This document shows, piece by piece, positions 36,332 through 50,500 of a stretch of 64,000 nt of DNA. The stretch comes from Ophelia neglecta. Lineage: Eukaryota. The translations under genes were made by a program, and so were the position numbers. How positions within the stretch are numbered: the stretch's first letter is position 1; each line of letters starts with the position of its first letter. The notes below the pieces were generated by a model. It saw only the letters and a program-made list of their open reading frames with translations, was not told the origin of the DNA and searched no databases. The DNA lies in contig OZ260664.1 of NCBI GenBank assembly GCA_965285935.1, positions 60,636,001 through 60,700,000 on the forward strand. The letters run 5' to 3'.

Positions 36332-37859
36332 CTGAAAACGAAGATAACATTGCATGACTTCAAATTGTGATATATAAAAATTGGTAACAGAATAAATGTG
36401 ACCTTTATATAACCCGTTGGCCTTCATCCCCGATGTCTCCTGTGACCGAATAAAATATTTCTTTAGAAATATCGAATTTAAGTAGCCTCTGCCCCCGCGT
36501 TGCTTTATGTAATATTGATTGCTTTGCCACGAACATAGCTTCATTTGGACACAGAATTCCCATGCTTGTTCTAAACATCCTGAAACATAAAAATGAAAGC
36601 AAGTTATGTTACTTTTGGTATAGGCCTATGAGATGTTTGGGATTTCCAAAAAAAATCACGCTAGGCCATTTGGCTTACTCTCCTTGACAAGTACTGTTAT
36701 CTGGTTAGCGAGGAATCGATAGGTAATACAGTTACAGGGCCTGTTAAAGGGCGTTGTATCTGCTCCGCCCAAGTCCTTCACAGCAGACAGATCACCAGAT
36801 GATCAATCTAGAAGGCGTTTATCGACAATCTACGCCGTTGACGGCTTTTGAGATTTTCAACCGAGACAATCTGTCTGCGTGAATTATGCTGTTCAAAACT
36901 TAAGCGATTCGACGAGGGCGTGTAGATAATCTGCCGGGACTGGGACGGGCTATTTCATCTTACAATGAGATTTTAATCCGCAACCGAACACCAGCGAGAG
37001 ACATGAGCAAGAATTACTTTTTGCTGGCAGACTATGACTTGCATGCATTATTCAAGTAAAGGATGCACAAGCGGATGTTAAGTCTCCAGAATGTCCTCAG
37101 TGTGTCGTCTAGGTTCATCACATGATACCGAAGACGTACGGTGCCAGAATACTTGCCTTTGAAGCTAACGACACCAATTATAAGACAGTATAAACCTTTT
37201 TTTTCGGTGCCTGTGAAAGGATTGTTTGGTCCCCGGCTGTAAGTCCCTAGGACTCAAAACATTTAAGGGTGATGAGATTTCGGCGACGAATGTACCAGTA
37301 TTGTAGGACCTGCGAACGTGATAAACCGGGATTTCGACACCTGATCCCAAATATACTAGAATTTCTAGAACGCCGGACTAGAATATACTATTTTATCAAG
37401 ACTGGCGAACTCCCGGACTTGGGAAAGGCTTAATAAAGGCAGTCCAGGGAAAAATTCCTCCCAGGGGACTCTCAAAGTGGTAACGCCGGTACATTCATAT
37501 CCTAAGGATTTTTTTAAGGCGGAATGAGGGGATTGTCGAACAGTCTTTTAGTAATTATGGCAACAAAGTATAACGTTGCCCTGCTATATATACATCGGTC
37601 CAGACAAAATTTGTCTGGTCTGTCGAAAGAGGTATCAAAGAGCATGGACAACAACCAAAAGTACACTAACAGTTCACAATATGAGGAAATTCCACTTAAA
37701 GCTCCTGCCAGCCGTTAGGTGTCCAAAGTCCATAAGTCAAAGCCTCGACTTTTCAATTTTGTGATCCGATCCCCCCTCCTTCTCCGCCCCTACCCCTTCG
37801 TTCTCCGTCCCTCCCTCCCCCCCCCCGGGGGTATAAAATTTATCGGTACATATATTGGC

Positions 37860-38225
37860 TCATGAACTTCTGGGCTCTAACATTACTAGTCGCCACGACT
37901 GTCTGACCCTAAACATACTCCCACCACACACCGGGACTTTCCGCTTTGAGCCCCTGCCAAAACGGGAGACGCCTTACACCAACCATAACCCATGTGACTC
38001 CACGGCAGTCCAACCCTTAGTACACTCACAGCTCACAACACGGGGGAATTCCGCTTTAAGCCCCTGCCAGGCAGGAAGGGAGACGCCTTTACATGACCTA
38101 GGCTCAGTTCACTCCACCGCCAGAGACCAACACACAGCTCACAACACGAGGGACTTCCGCTTTAAGCCATGCCAGGAGCGGAGAGGCCTTGCAGTAAACA
38201 CCACGGCAGTCCAACTCCGGTGAGG
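37860..38225 (-). repeat. Three full and one partial tandem ~110-bp SINE-like units
   Basis: Minus-strand unit GGACTGCCGTGG...AAGGCGTCTCCC...TGGCAGGGGCTTAAAGCGGAAGTCCC.CGTGTTGTGAGCTGTG is repeated. The SINE assignment is by resemblance only. Confidence 0.7.
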
Positions 38226-38399
38226 CACATTTTGCCTTGTCAACCAAAGACATGTAGGAACAATCCTAAGACGCTTCAATGAGGAAAACCTTACAACTCT
38301 TCAATAGTGTGTGTCCATCGATCAAAGTTTAATGTAAGAGAATGTGTAAACTTAATTATCATGCGACACAGAACAGCTAGAACACGGCTTTCCAAAAGC

Positions 38400-38530
38400 A
38401 AACATACATGTAAGGCAATCTTACAGTTCAGACTTCCATGAATAGTTGGAACACCATCTTCTGGTAACCTGTTCCAGGCAATGGGAATAATAATTAGAAT
38501 ATTAACTGATAAATTGCTGACCTCCGATAG
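38400..38530 (-). mobile_element. Short 3'-end fragment of a CR1/Jockey-type LINE ORF2
   Basis: IAWNRLPEDGVPTIHGSLNCKIAL resembles the terminal WNxLPxxVV...SLxxFKxxL motif. Confidence 0.4.
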
Positions 38531-41500
38531 CATGTACGTAGCAGACCTCCTTTCAGTTTTGGGATCAAAAAACCATAGCCACAGAAAGCGACCACGTCTT
38601 AATTTGCCGGTTTATCGTTTATCAACAGCTTCATAGTTAATAGCCTATACCCCGCCAGGTGAAGAGTTCAAAACACGTAGGGCGCGCCACAAACACATAA
38701 ACCATCTTCAGGCGGATGCCTGGGATAAGGCCAGGGACGTTTACAGGTAGCCAGAGGTGTCTTTTTCGAACGTATGCATGAATTGTTTAGTATTTAAACA
38801 TGTGTGGATTATACTGGGAATCTTTTAGCAATAAATTTAAATATATATATTAATTTGCATAGTCGAGGTCCAATTGGGATCAAAGGTTCAGTTAAACATT
38901 TTCTTGCCATTTTTTTAAAACTATTTTTTGGAGCTGTTCTCATAAAAAAATTGGTTTTAATTCTTGATTGTGGTAATTAGGAGACTGGCTGAAGAGATAG
39001 AAAATACATAAAAAGCTCGCGCTTATTTTTATGACCAAAAGTTGGCCCTGGTTGCCAAGAAATGGTAATTTTTCATCATAAATGGCCAATTTGAGACGGC
39101 CAGTGCTCAGACTTGTGGTTATATCTTTAAATAGTGCGGGGACTCCTAATATTTTCAAATGCTCCTATGGTTTTAACCGATAAGCATCTTACCCTTCACT
39201 CAATTGTCTTCTTGTATGATATAGGCCAAATGTATGTGAGCTTAGAACGCTCATTTGAGAAGGGCGCCATTATATTAGGACGAGCCTATATTAATGAGCA
39301 CTCCGTACATTGAATATTATACCTTGTCTTAAAACGATACTTTGAGTAAACTTGTACGCAACTGAAAATCAATGTAGAACCTCTCTCCCATCAAAAACGT
39401 CAACACCACGCGTAACTCTATTTACCATCTTTCCGGCCATATGTTACTGATTAGCGTGGAGACGGCAACCTCTTTAGAAGATGGTTCTTCGTCCTCCATA
39501 AACAAACAGGATGTAAATACTGTTATTAGATGTTATATATATGTTTACTTTATGCAATCTAAAGCTAATGAATGTTTGACAAGTTGGGAGAAGGTTTTAT
39601 CCCAGTGAGCAAATGAGCAAAAATGTCCTTCGTTGAATCTGAGTGAGCAGGTTTTCTGTGTTTCATTAGATATTGCTATGATATCCTATAAGAGCCGCGG
39701 TGGGGGAGGCAATGACAAAAATAAGGGGTGGGATGTGCAGCCGGAAAGTCAAACTGAGAGGTAAATCTTAAAAGGCTAGCGATGCCCATGAAAATCGACC
39801 GTATCTTATACGAATAGCTTAATATGGGAGTTTGTATGCCCCATTTTTTAATTTCGCGAAGTCTGTGTGTAATAAAGACTTCTTTCTTCAGGTTTTTCAC
39901 TGACATACGAAGAAAAGGAAAATACTCCTTTTTTCACGGAATTTGTAACGATCATGTTTACCAATTTGTTCAGGAAGTGCAGGCACCGGGTCGAAGGCCT
40001 AGTAGTTGGTAGTTGGAAATTCTTGGCTGACAGCTTAATTTGTCAAACTACCGTAGTTATATAGGTTTATGATGTTTTGAATGGTAGTTGTATGCACAAA
40101 CCACAAACCACAAACCACAGAGAGGATAGTCACCATGAATAATGGTCAATGTACTTGTCAGCCGAGCCAGAGCTCATATATCTTCAATGATAAATGGGTC
40201 AGCTGAAACCACGGAGGTTCTGTCCATGGACTTCAAGGATGAACATAAATATTATATGACCTAGCGCTTTTTGTCTTACTTTTTATCCTAGATATTATAA
40301 AAATTACCTTTTTTTGAAAAAAATAATCACTGGGAAAAGTAATTTGGTATATGGATTAAAAATTATGTTTTATTTAGAGTAAGACCTGCATGCGAGAAAT
40401 ACATAACTTATATTTACTATATAATAGGACTGAATTTATCCATTCGCTTCACCTGTATCTTATCTGTCTAGTTATAATCTCCGTTAAAAAGGCTTCAGAA
40501 AAGTTCTGGTTCGCGCAAAAGGTCCATCACAATCATGAGATGTTATCACTGGCTTTTAGGGGTTACACACACAAACACTCTTAGATAGGTTTGGCGTTAA
40601 ATGCTTATCGTTAAAATCCGCAGTCAGTCTGCTTCTGCAGGATAATGCGCTTTTTACGGTGCAAAGTAGTCATTGGTGGACATAAAAAGTGGATGGAATC
40701 GAACTGAATAACGATTAACTGACTAAATTAGATGAAAATATTCGCACGCAGATTGTCAAGAGCCATTGTTTAGATTGTCCATCGAATTTGGTTATAAGGC
40801 CAATGGAGGCAAGTACATTACCCGAGTTAAAAAGAAGACCCTCCAGTCAATGCTGGAAATGGCAGAGATTTTAAAAGATAAAAGGCCAACGTTTTTCACG
40901 TGTATATGCACTCGCATTTCGCCATGCCCGCCAGCTAATATCCAAAGACATTCAGCTGTGTCAATAGGGTGGCTTTACTCAACATTTGCAAGGTTTCCAT
41001 CGATATTGGTAAACCCTACATGGCCCGGAAAATTCGAAACTGTTTTTTAAAACTAACAACTTATAAAAATTCCATAGGTGTATTATGTTATATATAATAC
41101 GCGTAATACTTTGACTTAATACATGCTTTTTCAAAGTCTGACGAAAGCCTCAGCGAAAAGCAATGTATCTGATAAACGCGAAAATTCATGCAAGCAGACT
41201 ACTCTATTCCTGAACTGACAGCAAACTGGTTCATTTTCATGCATGTAAAGGAAAGAATCTTTCTGAAACCAAAATGATATTTTGCTTATGGACAGCAAAG
41301 TATTGCTAAACGGATCCAGCCGTATGCAGCTGTTCAAATTGCTGTTCAAATTGCAGTTGTTGGAAAATTAAATTCAGCCGGCGTTGAGATGGCTGAGTCA
41401 ACTACTGAATACATTTAAAAAGTCTGACAACAAAGGGTAGTGTTTACTATATCAATCTCCGACGCTCCCTTTATTTGTTTGAGACAAAATGAAATAAAAA

Positions 41501-44296
41501 GATGGCCTATATCATTTATGAAGGCAAGAAATGTTCGCTAGAACAAACAAAAATCCAATGATTAATATATATGTAGCTCTATCTGTCCTGCAGCTGTTCA
41601 GATAAAATTCAAATAAGGCCGTGGGAATCGTGGTGAGGTGACAGTTTCCTAGGACAGTTGAGAAGCCGAAAAACTGTTGAAGGCATCCTCTAAGTCAATA
41701 ATGCTTTAATATTTGTCGCAACATGAGTACCTTCGTTTGGGGTGAAGTGCAACTTTTGTGCTCTTAAGAAAATACCAACGGAAGCCGAAAGGTGAAAATG
41801 GATACTTCGGTAAAAGTCTTCTGGCAAAGATTGAGCCAAAGAACGCTTAGGCGAATCTTGAAAAAAAAAACCACAATATATTGAATTCTCCAATAGTAGA
41901 ATCAGAACCGTGTATTTTATAGTAGAGAAAACACGTAGGCTAACATTCGATGTAACAGAAAAACACATGGAAACACGGCAGTTTAAATATAGCCAGCATT
42001 CCGGCGGGCGGGCGTCAGTCTACGCTAAGCACATAATCACAACATAATGTCGAGTTATTAATCGTCTGCTCGGGCTAAGCCATGCAAAAATAGGATTTCT
42101 CGCTAATGAAAATATCTTTTAACATGATTATGACAGCTGTTATCCTTCCTGCCGGTGACAGAAAATCATTAAAATATCTCGCTACCAGACTCTTCGAATT
42201 ATTTCGAAGCTATATCTAATGGGAAAAGCGTGTAGTAACCTTAGATTGCATACCAGTTGGTATGTATTTGCCACCCCCTAGCTGGAGACCTGTCAACTCC
42301 GGTATTCTGGTTTCACTACCGCTACACCTCACAGCGATCCATTTCTGGTGATCATAGTGCCAGCTCCATACCCCAGTATCAACCCTTAGATCTCCTGTAC
42401 ATACATGTATCAGTCGAAGACGCATTTTCCAAGCGTGTTTCATAGCACAATTAAATCTTCTTTTTTTCGCTGTCTAAAGCTTCAAGGATATAATACAATA
42501 ACTAACATCTTTATGAAAGCAATGTTGGAGGAGCCGAACCTTATCAGCTGTAAACATGACACGATGAAATTATTAGCAATTGCTGGGCTGCGGCCGGTCA
42601 AATTGCATGACATTTTTTTCTGGGGCTAGCAAACTCATCCATTCCATTAGAGTGGTTTATGACGCAACGATGCAAAAATATAATGACTGTCGTCATAGTC
42701 ATATTGGAAGACGCTACTCTGGCACGCAAACTAATTTAACAGAAACCGTCTTGTGGATTCAGTCCGGGTGATGTTAGTAAGAACAGATGGTTGGCACAAA
42801 TGTAAAAGAAAATTTGAGATTTACTTAAATTTGACTTGACAGTCCAAATTCCAGGGATGTGGCCTTGGCTAATTATTGTGCAAAATGCAAGGCCGATTTT
42901 AAGACCTATTGTTAATGTCGCGTAAGTGTTAGGTGTAAGATAAATCATCCTTGAATGTGGAGAAATCTGCCAGCAAAAACTTAATACCAAACAGGTCTAT
43001 GTATATAAGGAAGATGTATACTTATCAGGCATAGCAAAAATTAGTGTTAGACCTAAGCTACTTATTCATTCAGTGTTAATAGTATTAAGTGATTATCCAG
43101 GGTGAATACACGAGTGTTAAGACAATACAAAACCTGATTTGTGATACTTTTAGCCTATATATACCTGCAATAAGTTTGACGCAGACGTTTTGTTGTATCA
43201 TTTTTCTCATTTCAGTTTACCGTATGTGCGTTTTTTTTATTAATATGTGTAATTTTGAATTGGCCCTTTTACAAAAGAGTGGCTTCCAGATGATAGTATA
43301 TTAAACACATTCAACAGCTCATTGAAAATCTTGAAAAGGAACAGTAAATTAATGATTTGGTCACTAAGCCATGTTACATATTAACAAACGAGATTGATTA
43401 GTTTTGCCTTGGGCTGTGATTGAGTATCGTTTTGCTAACGGTAAAGTGTCATGAAATGATGGTTTGACGAGTTTAGTGCTTTGTTACTGACGGTTTAATC
43501 ACTCTTGCCCCGAGTTAGCACAAGTATTGGGGTGAGGCAATGTTCAACCGAGGGTCATTCCGGTTAGGCGCTCGTTCATCTCCTCGGAGAAGTTTATTAC
43601 ACAGTCACGTTACAGTGTATTAAATGCTGGTTATGTTGATCCTGAGAGCGCGCATGGCAGTAAGTCATCTGACTGAAGGACTCTACTGAGTATTAAATCA
43701 TGCCAAGGGTCTTGTTACTACATATATGCCCCTTGGGCAGTTATGTAAATGAATCAACGTCAGTTGGACCATATATGCCGCTCTTGGTGCTGTGATTAAT
43801 GCTGCTGCGGAAGCACTTGGACATTAATGCGAGTCCTACCAATAAACGAAAGATCGTCTCTTAACACTTAGAGACTCTGCGACCGAGGTTATATCCCATT
43901 ATGATCAACTGTGGCTTCAATAAGAAAATAGTTTAAACACGGCTCTAAATCCTGTTTTGTGGAATATTATTTTATTCTTAAAGGACAAGAGGCAAAGTTA
44001 CCCTGATAAATAGAACCCCACCGTCCTACTTTTTTCTATTTCAAATTGTGTTTTGGAGATATTGTTTTAAATTGACCAATGGTTTGCGGACTCTTTTTCC
44101 ATCGAACTTGACAATAATCAATATAACTCAACACATAGGCCTAGTATAGGGTCTAATATGCCTAATAAAGGTGTATAATTATAGGCCTAGTTTAGGCCTC
44201 GTATAGGCTTACTATAACATGTAATTAAAGTTGCTTCCACTGTCATACATCGGCCAATGGATAATACGAAAACCTGTCCGCGTTGAGCAATGAATA

Positions 44297-44509
44297 AAGA
44301 AATCGTGGGGTCGTGCAGGGCGATAGTTATTAACATGATATTAACTGTCATATTTCTGGCGCTTTTTCCGCGTTGACTACATCATAACTCGACTCCGAAA
44401 GAATGTTAAGATAAACTATCGTCTAAAGATTAATTTGGTGCACAATTATCCAGCTAAATAACTGCTATTAATTAATTAATTGCTTCTAAGCACGACCCAA
44501 CGATCTCTT
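44297..44509. repeat. 20-bp inverted repeat pair flanking ~175 bp (probable MITE)
   Basis: AAGAAATCGTGGGGTCGTGC versus GCACGACCCAACGATCTCTT (2 mismatches). Confidence 0.65.
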
Positions 44510-47500
44510 ATAGCACGAGCACACGAGTTGTCGCATCGTCAGGTGTATTGCACTAAACAATACGTCATAATCGATTAAGAATGTTTTCGCCCGGCTTGAG
44601 TGAACAGATCCTATTTACATGGCGATTTTTTGCAAGTTAATTCAACTTATGAGAGAAACAGAACGAGAACAGTCTCCATTTGATTGTAAACAGACTTTTA
44701 GCAAGGTTCTGAGTTCTGGTATTGTTGTTTTTAACCGTAATTTCCACTCACAAACAACCAAGCTAGGACTAGTAATTACCCCTCCAACCTAATCGACCGA
44801 ACGTAATGTAAGGTAATGATATTCGGGTAAAAGGACTATAGTTTTGTACTTGCAACTGTGCAATTTGCTGCTTTCAGGCATATTGAATTATATATGTTCA
44901 TGGAGATTAAGGAGAACGCCACTTGTTGTTAATAAAATTACATGGCCCTTAGTTTACAAAATGCAAGCCACTTGCTCATTATCCGTCCGCCTGGTATATA
45001 CTGACCACACCCAGATGCACATATGGGTTATTTAAGCCTTGATCCTTTCCGTACTCATCGTGCATTTAAATGTCCGTATTACCTTCATTACACCTTTGAA
45101 AAATACTATACGGTAGAAAAATTTGCTATATGATTAACCGACGAGGGTTCTATATTAACTTACATATCTAAAGGTAAAGTTGATTAAATTATGAAAAAAG
45201 CAAACTTGTTATTTGAAAAAGGGCAATATTCATCTAAAGTCAGGCCTACCGACTAAACTATATGTCGTGAAAAATGTGTGTGTGTGTGTGTTTGATATAA
45301 ATCAAAAGGCACTGTCCAACTTCATGCACGTCAAGAAATGCCGCATTAAAAAGCTAATGTTAATAATAACATCTACATCAACAGTCACCATGGCAGATAA
45401 ATAATTACAAATTTCTAATCCCTGTAGTTGCTGCGAGAATTTGCCAAATATCAGAATGATAATTACATCAGTTTCATGAAAAATAAAGCGATAAGTAGCC
45501 ATCTCTTTACTTGTTTATTCCGCTAACTAAGGCACAGCCTGGGTTAATTTGTTTGTCGGGTATCGACTGCCACTTAAAAAAAACATTTCCTTTGGAGTTG
45601 GCATCCCATTTCTATAGGTGTTCGTCAGGTGTTAGTTCAGGCACATGATTCTTATTCAAACCAGTTGCCTTTAGATGAACACACAAAATGCTCTCAATCA
45701 AAAGCCTGTCTGCCATGCTACAAGCGGAAGCAAGCTGTTTCCAGCCTTTTCGAAGATAGCCTTCGCATGAAAAATGATGATTTAACCGCAGGTTATGTTT
45801 GTGGTTTTTGCCTTCGGAGTACCTTTCGACACAGATCTTCTGTACAAAATATGGGCGGGGTAAGATGGCGACAGTTTGGCAAAACTAGCCCTTATGCATC
45901 TTTACACAGCCAAAGCAACAGGTAATTAAATTCGCCCATAAACTCTGTTATCAACATTAACGTGCATTCCCTTCTCATTACATCCGTTTCGAAATTTATG
46001 TTTTCGTGCAATCTGAGCTAAGACATACGTCAAGTATCTACTTAGGATTTGGATTTTTGGGGCTTAACGACACATAGACACCATGTGGGTCATTTAGTCT
46101 ACTTAGGTCGGCCTACTTGATGGAAAAAAGCCAGACTCTAATCGATTACTGACACAGAGATGACCCGTATGTTTTCTTTATCATAATTCGCTAATTATCT
46201 CGCGTTTTCTTCATTTTAAAAACATCTTTCATCTACCCAGTTATGTTTCTAAGTATTTAACATGTAAATTACAGCCAATCTGGAATAGTGCCTAGCTTTC
46301 CTGGGGCAATGTTTTGATCTTTACAGCATTTAGTGAGATCATAAAAAATAAGTAAAGGCTTGCAGCCAATTTTAAACTCATCACGAAAGTCTAGGAAACA
46401 TTGCTCTAAATAACTTTTTAAGTGGCGGTTCTTAAAAAAGCAGATGCACACTGGAAGTGCAGACACGTGTGATTATTTAACCGCCCGATGGGTGTACACA
46501 CTCCAGAGACGGTAGGGCGTGCATTTCAAAACTTAATAATAAACCGATTTCAAGAACTGACAGATTCTGTCCCCGGGTGGTAATGCCATGATGATGTAAT
46601 CGGGCGCTTGCAAAGGCGGTTGCATAGTGGGAAATCCAAGAGGCAATCTAAAACTCCCTACGGCCTTTAAATACTGACAGCCACCGACCACACGCTAACA
46701 CTGGTTCCGGCAGAGTCCGTGGGCAGAGATGGTAAATTCACAGCCGAGAACTTTCAGAATAATGTTGTCATGTTATATCTTCTTTTTGGTAAGGAAGCTG
46801 CATATTTCAAATCTAGGCTGTCATATTTATATGATAATTCCCTGGTCCATTCATTTAATACGCGGGCCCTACTCATGTTTTCATTGACCCGAGAGCAGCA
46901 GTCAAACTAAGTTAGTCACAAAACATGTCCTTATATCATAAGCACTGTCAGGATAGGGAAAACACTCAAACCTATTGAATGAACTTAGATACTATTCTCA
47001 CAGTCGTATAACGGATTTCACATGTGGTGATGATTGCCGTCTGCTTTCTGCAGCACCTTAACTGATATAAAACATATGAAGGTGAACACACCATAGGCCT
47101 AGGTGAAAATACGAAAATATCGATGAAGTTCTCATGGAGTCTTTTCCATGACGTTAATTAACGCTCCCAAGACATAATATACGATGGCGAAGAAGTAGAT
47201 TAAGTCAATAATCGGCAGAAATTGTCATGAATAAAAGAAGCTAAAATAAGGGATTCAATTAATAAACCGATATTGACAGTGCTACTTCAGGCAAAATGGA
47301 ATGAATTTTTAATAGAGCAAGAACGCTGTCTTCAACCCACTTATGCTTGAACTGTGTCAGATTTTTGAAACACAGTTGTACGACTAAAAATGTTAGTGAT
47401 GTAACGTAGGGATATATATATATGGAAGTAGTAGAGGCTTTATAATTAGTTGTGAGGAAATAGCATAATGATATTATATACCATACCTTTATATAGAATA

Positions 47501-50500
47501 CCAAGTTCGTGTAGCTCCAGAAAACGCAAATATTAAAATTGTTGCCCCCCCTCCTCCCCATTTTTGTCAATCACCATAAAATCGCTCCCAACCACTTGCC
47601 TCGATCAAAATGCAAATACATTCGCATATCTTGACTGGGAAATTGTCTACAATATATGGTGACAGGCCCCAAAGTGAGTGCTGGCACGCCCAGACAAAAT
47701 CTGTCGCCGCATCAGACCCCGAAATTTCTAGCTGTTTCTAGCTGTTATCATTCCAAGCATGATATCGCTAAAACGTTAAATTAACATAAAATGTATAAAA
47801 TCATTATCAATGGCTGGTTTGGAATGCCGAGTTACCATTCTAGTATCAGTGATTCGGCAACTACAACTAGGGTAGGCACTCCAGGGCATGCAGGTGCGTA
47901 ACTTTGGTATTGGTCTTCGTACAGTTATTTATTTCAACGAAAATCAAAACAGTGCGTATCAATATTCATTGGTGTATTCCAAGTCTAAGTTTAAACTGGC
48001 TAGCAAATCAGTAAAGGCTTATCCAGACAACTTTAATTGGAGAACCTGCAGCCGATAGTAACGTTTCATTCAGTTTACCATCACTTTAGCTAAATTGTTG
48101 ATTTTGAATAAGATAAAAAATGCATTTTGTTACGGCTATTCGTGAAAATCGACTATAACTTTGAGGTATAGGAAGCTTTCACTTTATTCATATTCCAATT
48201 ACCTCTGTAGCTGGGGGTGCGTTTGGCGGATTGGGGCGCGGATAGATGGATACCTTTCGACATACAGCAAAGTATCACTGTTCATGAGAAGTAAAAATCA
48301 ATCTATCGAAAATCTTGAAAAAAATTCTTTACACATGAGCAGGATATTATTAAACTGGTATCCAATTGAGAATTGACATGACCGTTTTACTGTGAAGAAA
48401 ATAAAACCATACTTGTTTTTCTAGTATCTCAACCTTTCCACACTCAAAAGATCCATCGTTTATGTGATTTTAGCGATCATATTACAAATTACAACTACAA
48501 GATAGATTATGTACATGCTGAGCGAATTAGGGATTGCTTGTCTGACATTTACAAGTCGGGGTTTTTTCGTTCGGTTTCTAAAGTTTTTTGAGCTGTTTAC
48601 AATCACAACTAGTACTGACATGTTAAAATGTAAACCAATCTCGAAATTTCTCCCAGAATTGAAGTGTCTTGAGTATTGTGTTCTCATATTTATTTGCTTT
48701 TATAAGGCTGAAATTTGTAATCATTTTCATGATACACACACTTGGCTCCGACTTTTCGTTAACTGGAAAGGGGTTCACATTACTGCCGAAGCCAGTCAGC
48801 TCTTCAGCTTCTATTACTGTCTTGACCCACATTACGCCAAACATGGTAGCCAAGAACACACCAGTTAGGCTAACAGATCAAAGCTATCAATGTTTGCTCT
48901 GAATCTAGTTCTATGGAAGCTGTCATGATAAGACGGAAGTTGTCTAAACAAAGTGCGCAATAAAAATGATCCTCCCTAGATGGATATTACTTGCAATAAG
49001 AAGTAGTCAACAGTTTTCTATGATGCGAGCCAGACCACAAAGCAAACAAGTCATTGGTCAAAGTAGAACAGAGATTAACTATGTCCCAAGAGAGCCTATG
49101 AAGCTGTAAGCTCTCTCACAATATTTTGAGACTATAAATAAAATTATAGTATTCTCAGTAAAAACAAAAACATAGAAAGGTGTAAAAGGTCCCTGAAACG
49201 TTAAGAGGAAAATGGTGTCAAATTCCTTTGAAAATACTTGATAATTGTTCTCATGTAAAGTAAACCAGTCACGATTTTAGTGTGACTGATCTACAACATA
49301 CGATATTATATCAGTATGAAGCAGATGTCCTAGGATGAACGGAATAGATCACTCAAAGCCATAGCATTCTTGTACTGCGAAGGTGTTTTACATAATTATA
49401 GTAACAGTGAAGATGTCAAACATATCAAACGGCTGCCATCATTATAGGTCTTGGCATTAGCAACAATGATCCCAATGGCCAGTCGGTGACACTTATCCCC
49501 TATGTAATGTTATCTCATTGATTAGCTGCCTGAGGAAGGATTCTAGAATGGTAGACAAACATTGTTTTTATCACTGCTCCTCCTGCTGAGAGTGTCTGCC
49601 TATGTGATACCGCTTGGGCAGTAACTAATTAACCTGGGTCCTTTAAATATTAGCAAAGGCTGCATAAGATAATAATCAAATGGAGACTAGGCCCTATAAA
49701 ACTAATCATTGTGAACCTGCCCATGGCCAAGGAAGAGACGGGGGTGGGGGTGGGGGGTGGTGTCACCCATCAGTAGTTTTACTGGAGTATGGTTTTTTTT
49801 TTGTAAACTGCTCTTTTGCTGTTGCCTGATAGCTATAAGTGTTGTTTAATTTGTTCCTGGCTAATGTAGTGTTTCTTCGCTTATTTGCCATTTGAAAAAG
49901 CACGCACCCATATAGTAGACATCACTATTGACAATAGGGGTATGATTCCAGTCAGGTATGTCCAAATTGGAAACGTACAATCAGGTTTTGCGAATTTCAA
50001 GTAGTTTGCACTTGTGTGTTCAGGCTTTAGCATATACTGGTGTCATGGCAGATTCGTATTCGACTAGATACTAGGTACGCATTTTGGCGGGATTAATAAT
50101 GACGGGCTTCCGAAATACGACATACTTTATCATTCTTTTATTAAGAACTTCTGGCATGACAATCACTGATTACTACGCGACTATTACTATTCCATGCCAT
50201 AGATTATGATACAACGTATTGAATTGCAGTCAGAATTTCTAGCAAATGCAATATGGAGTGCCTTTAAAACAACAATCCAGTAAAAACGTCTGTTACTAGT
50301 ACTTCGGAGGATGTAAAGGGATAATGCAGTGCGAGGTCGTTGGAGGTGAGGTGTGTCTGTGTTTTAGCTCTTTGCAGCCATGATCATATGTTAAATGAAG
50401 ATACCAGTTATAAAATGTGTGCGATATGTTCTTACGACATGCCTCGCGTAAGAGACCAATTCCAGCGTATCTGTGCCGAGCCGACGAAGGAATCGAATTA

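Noticed and set aside
36400-36602. Short ORFs immediately upstream of the receptor exon as exon 1
   Set aside because: The phase-compatible frame (MKLCSWQSNQYY...) has no hydrophobic signal sequence and only a weak GTCACA donor.
37860-38225. Hairpin-ribozyme resemblance (GGAC-NGYC opposite NGAA-GTCC, like loop A)
   Set aside because: The loop-B GAAAC strand with its essential C is absent, so the two-domain ribozyme cannot be built. The twister-sister loop is also missing.
41138-41160. CTGACGA...GAAA hammerhead-like core
   Set aside because: Stem II is only 2 bp, and no convincing stems I/III or NUH cleavage triplet were found.
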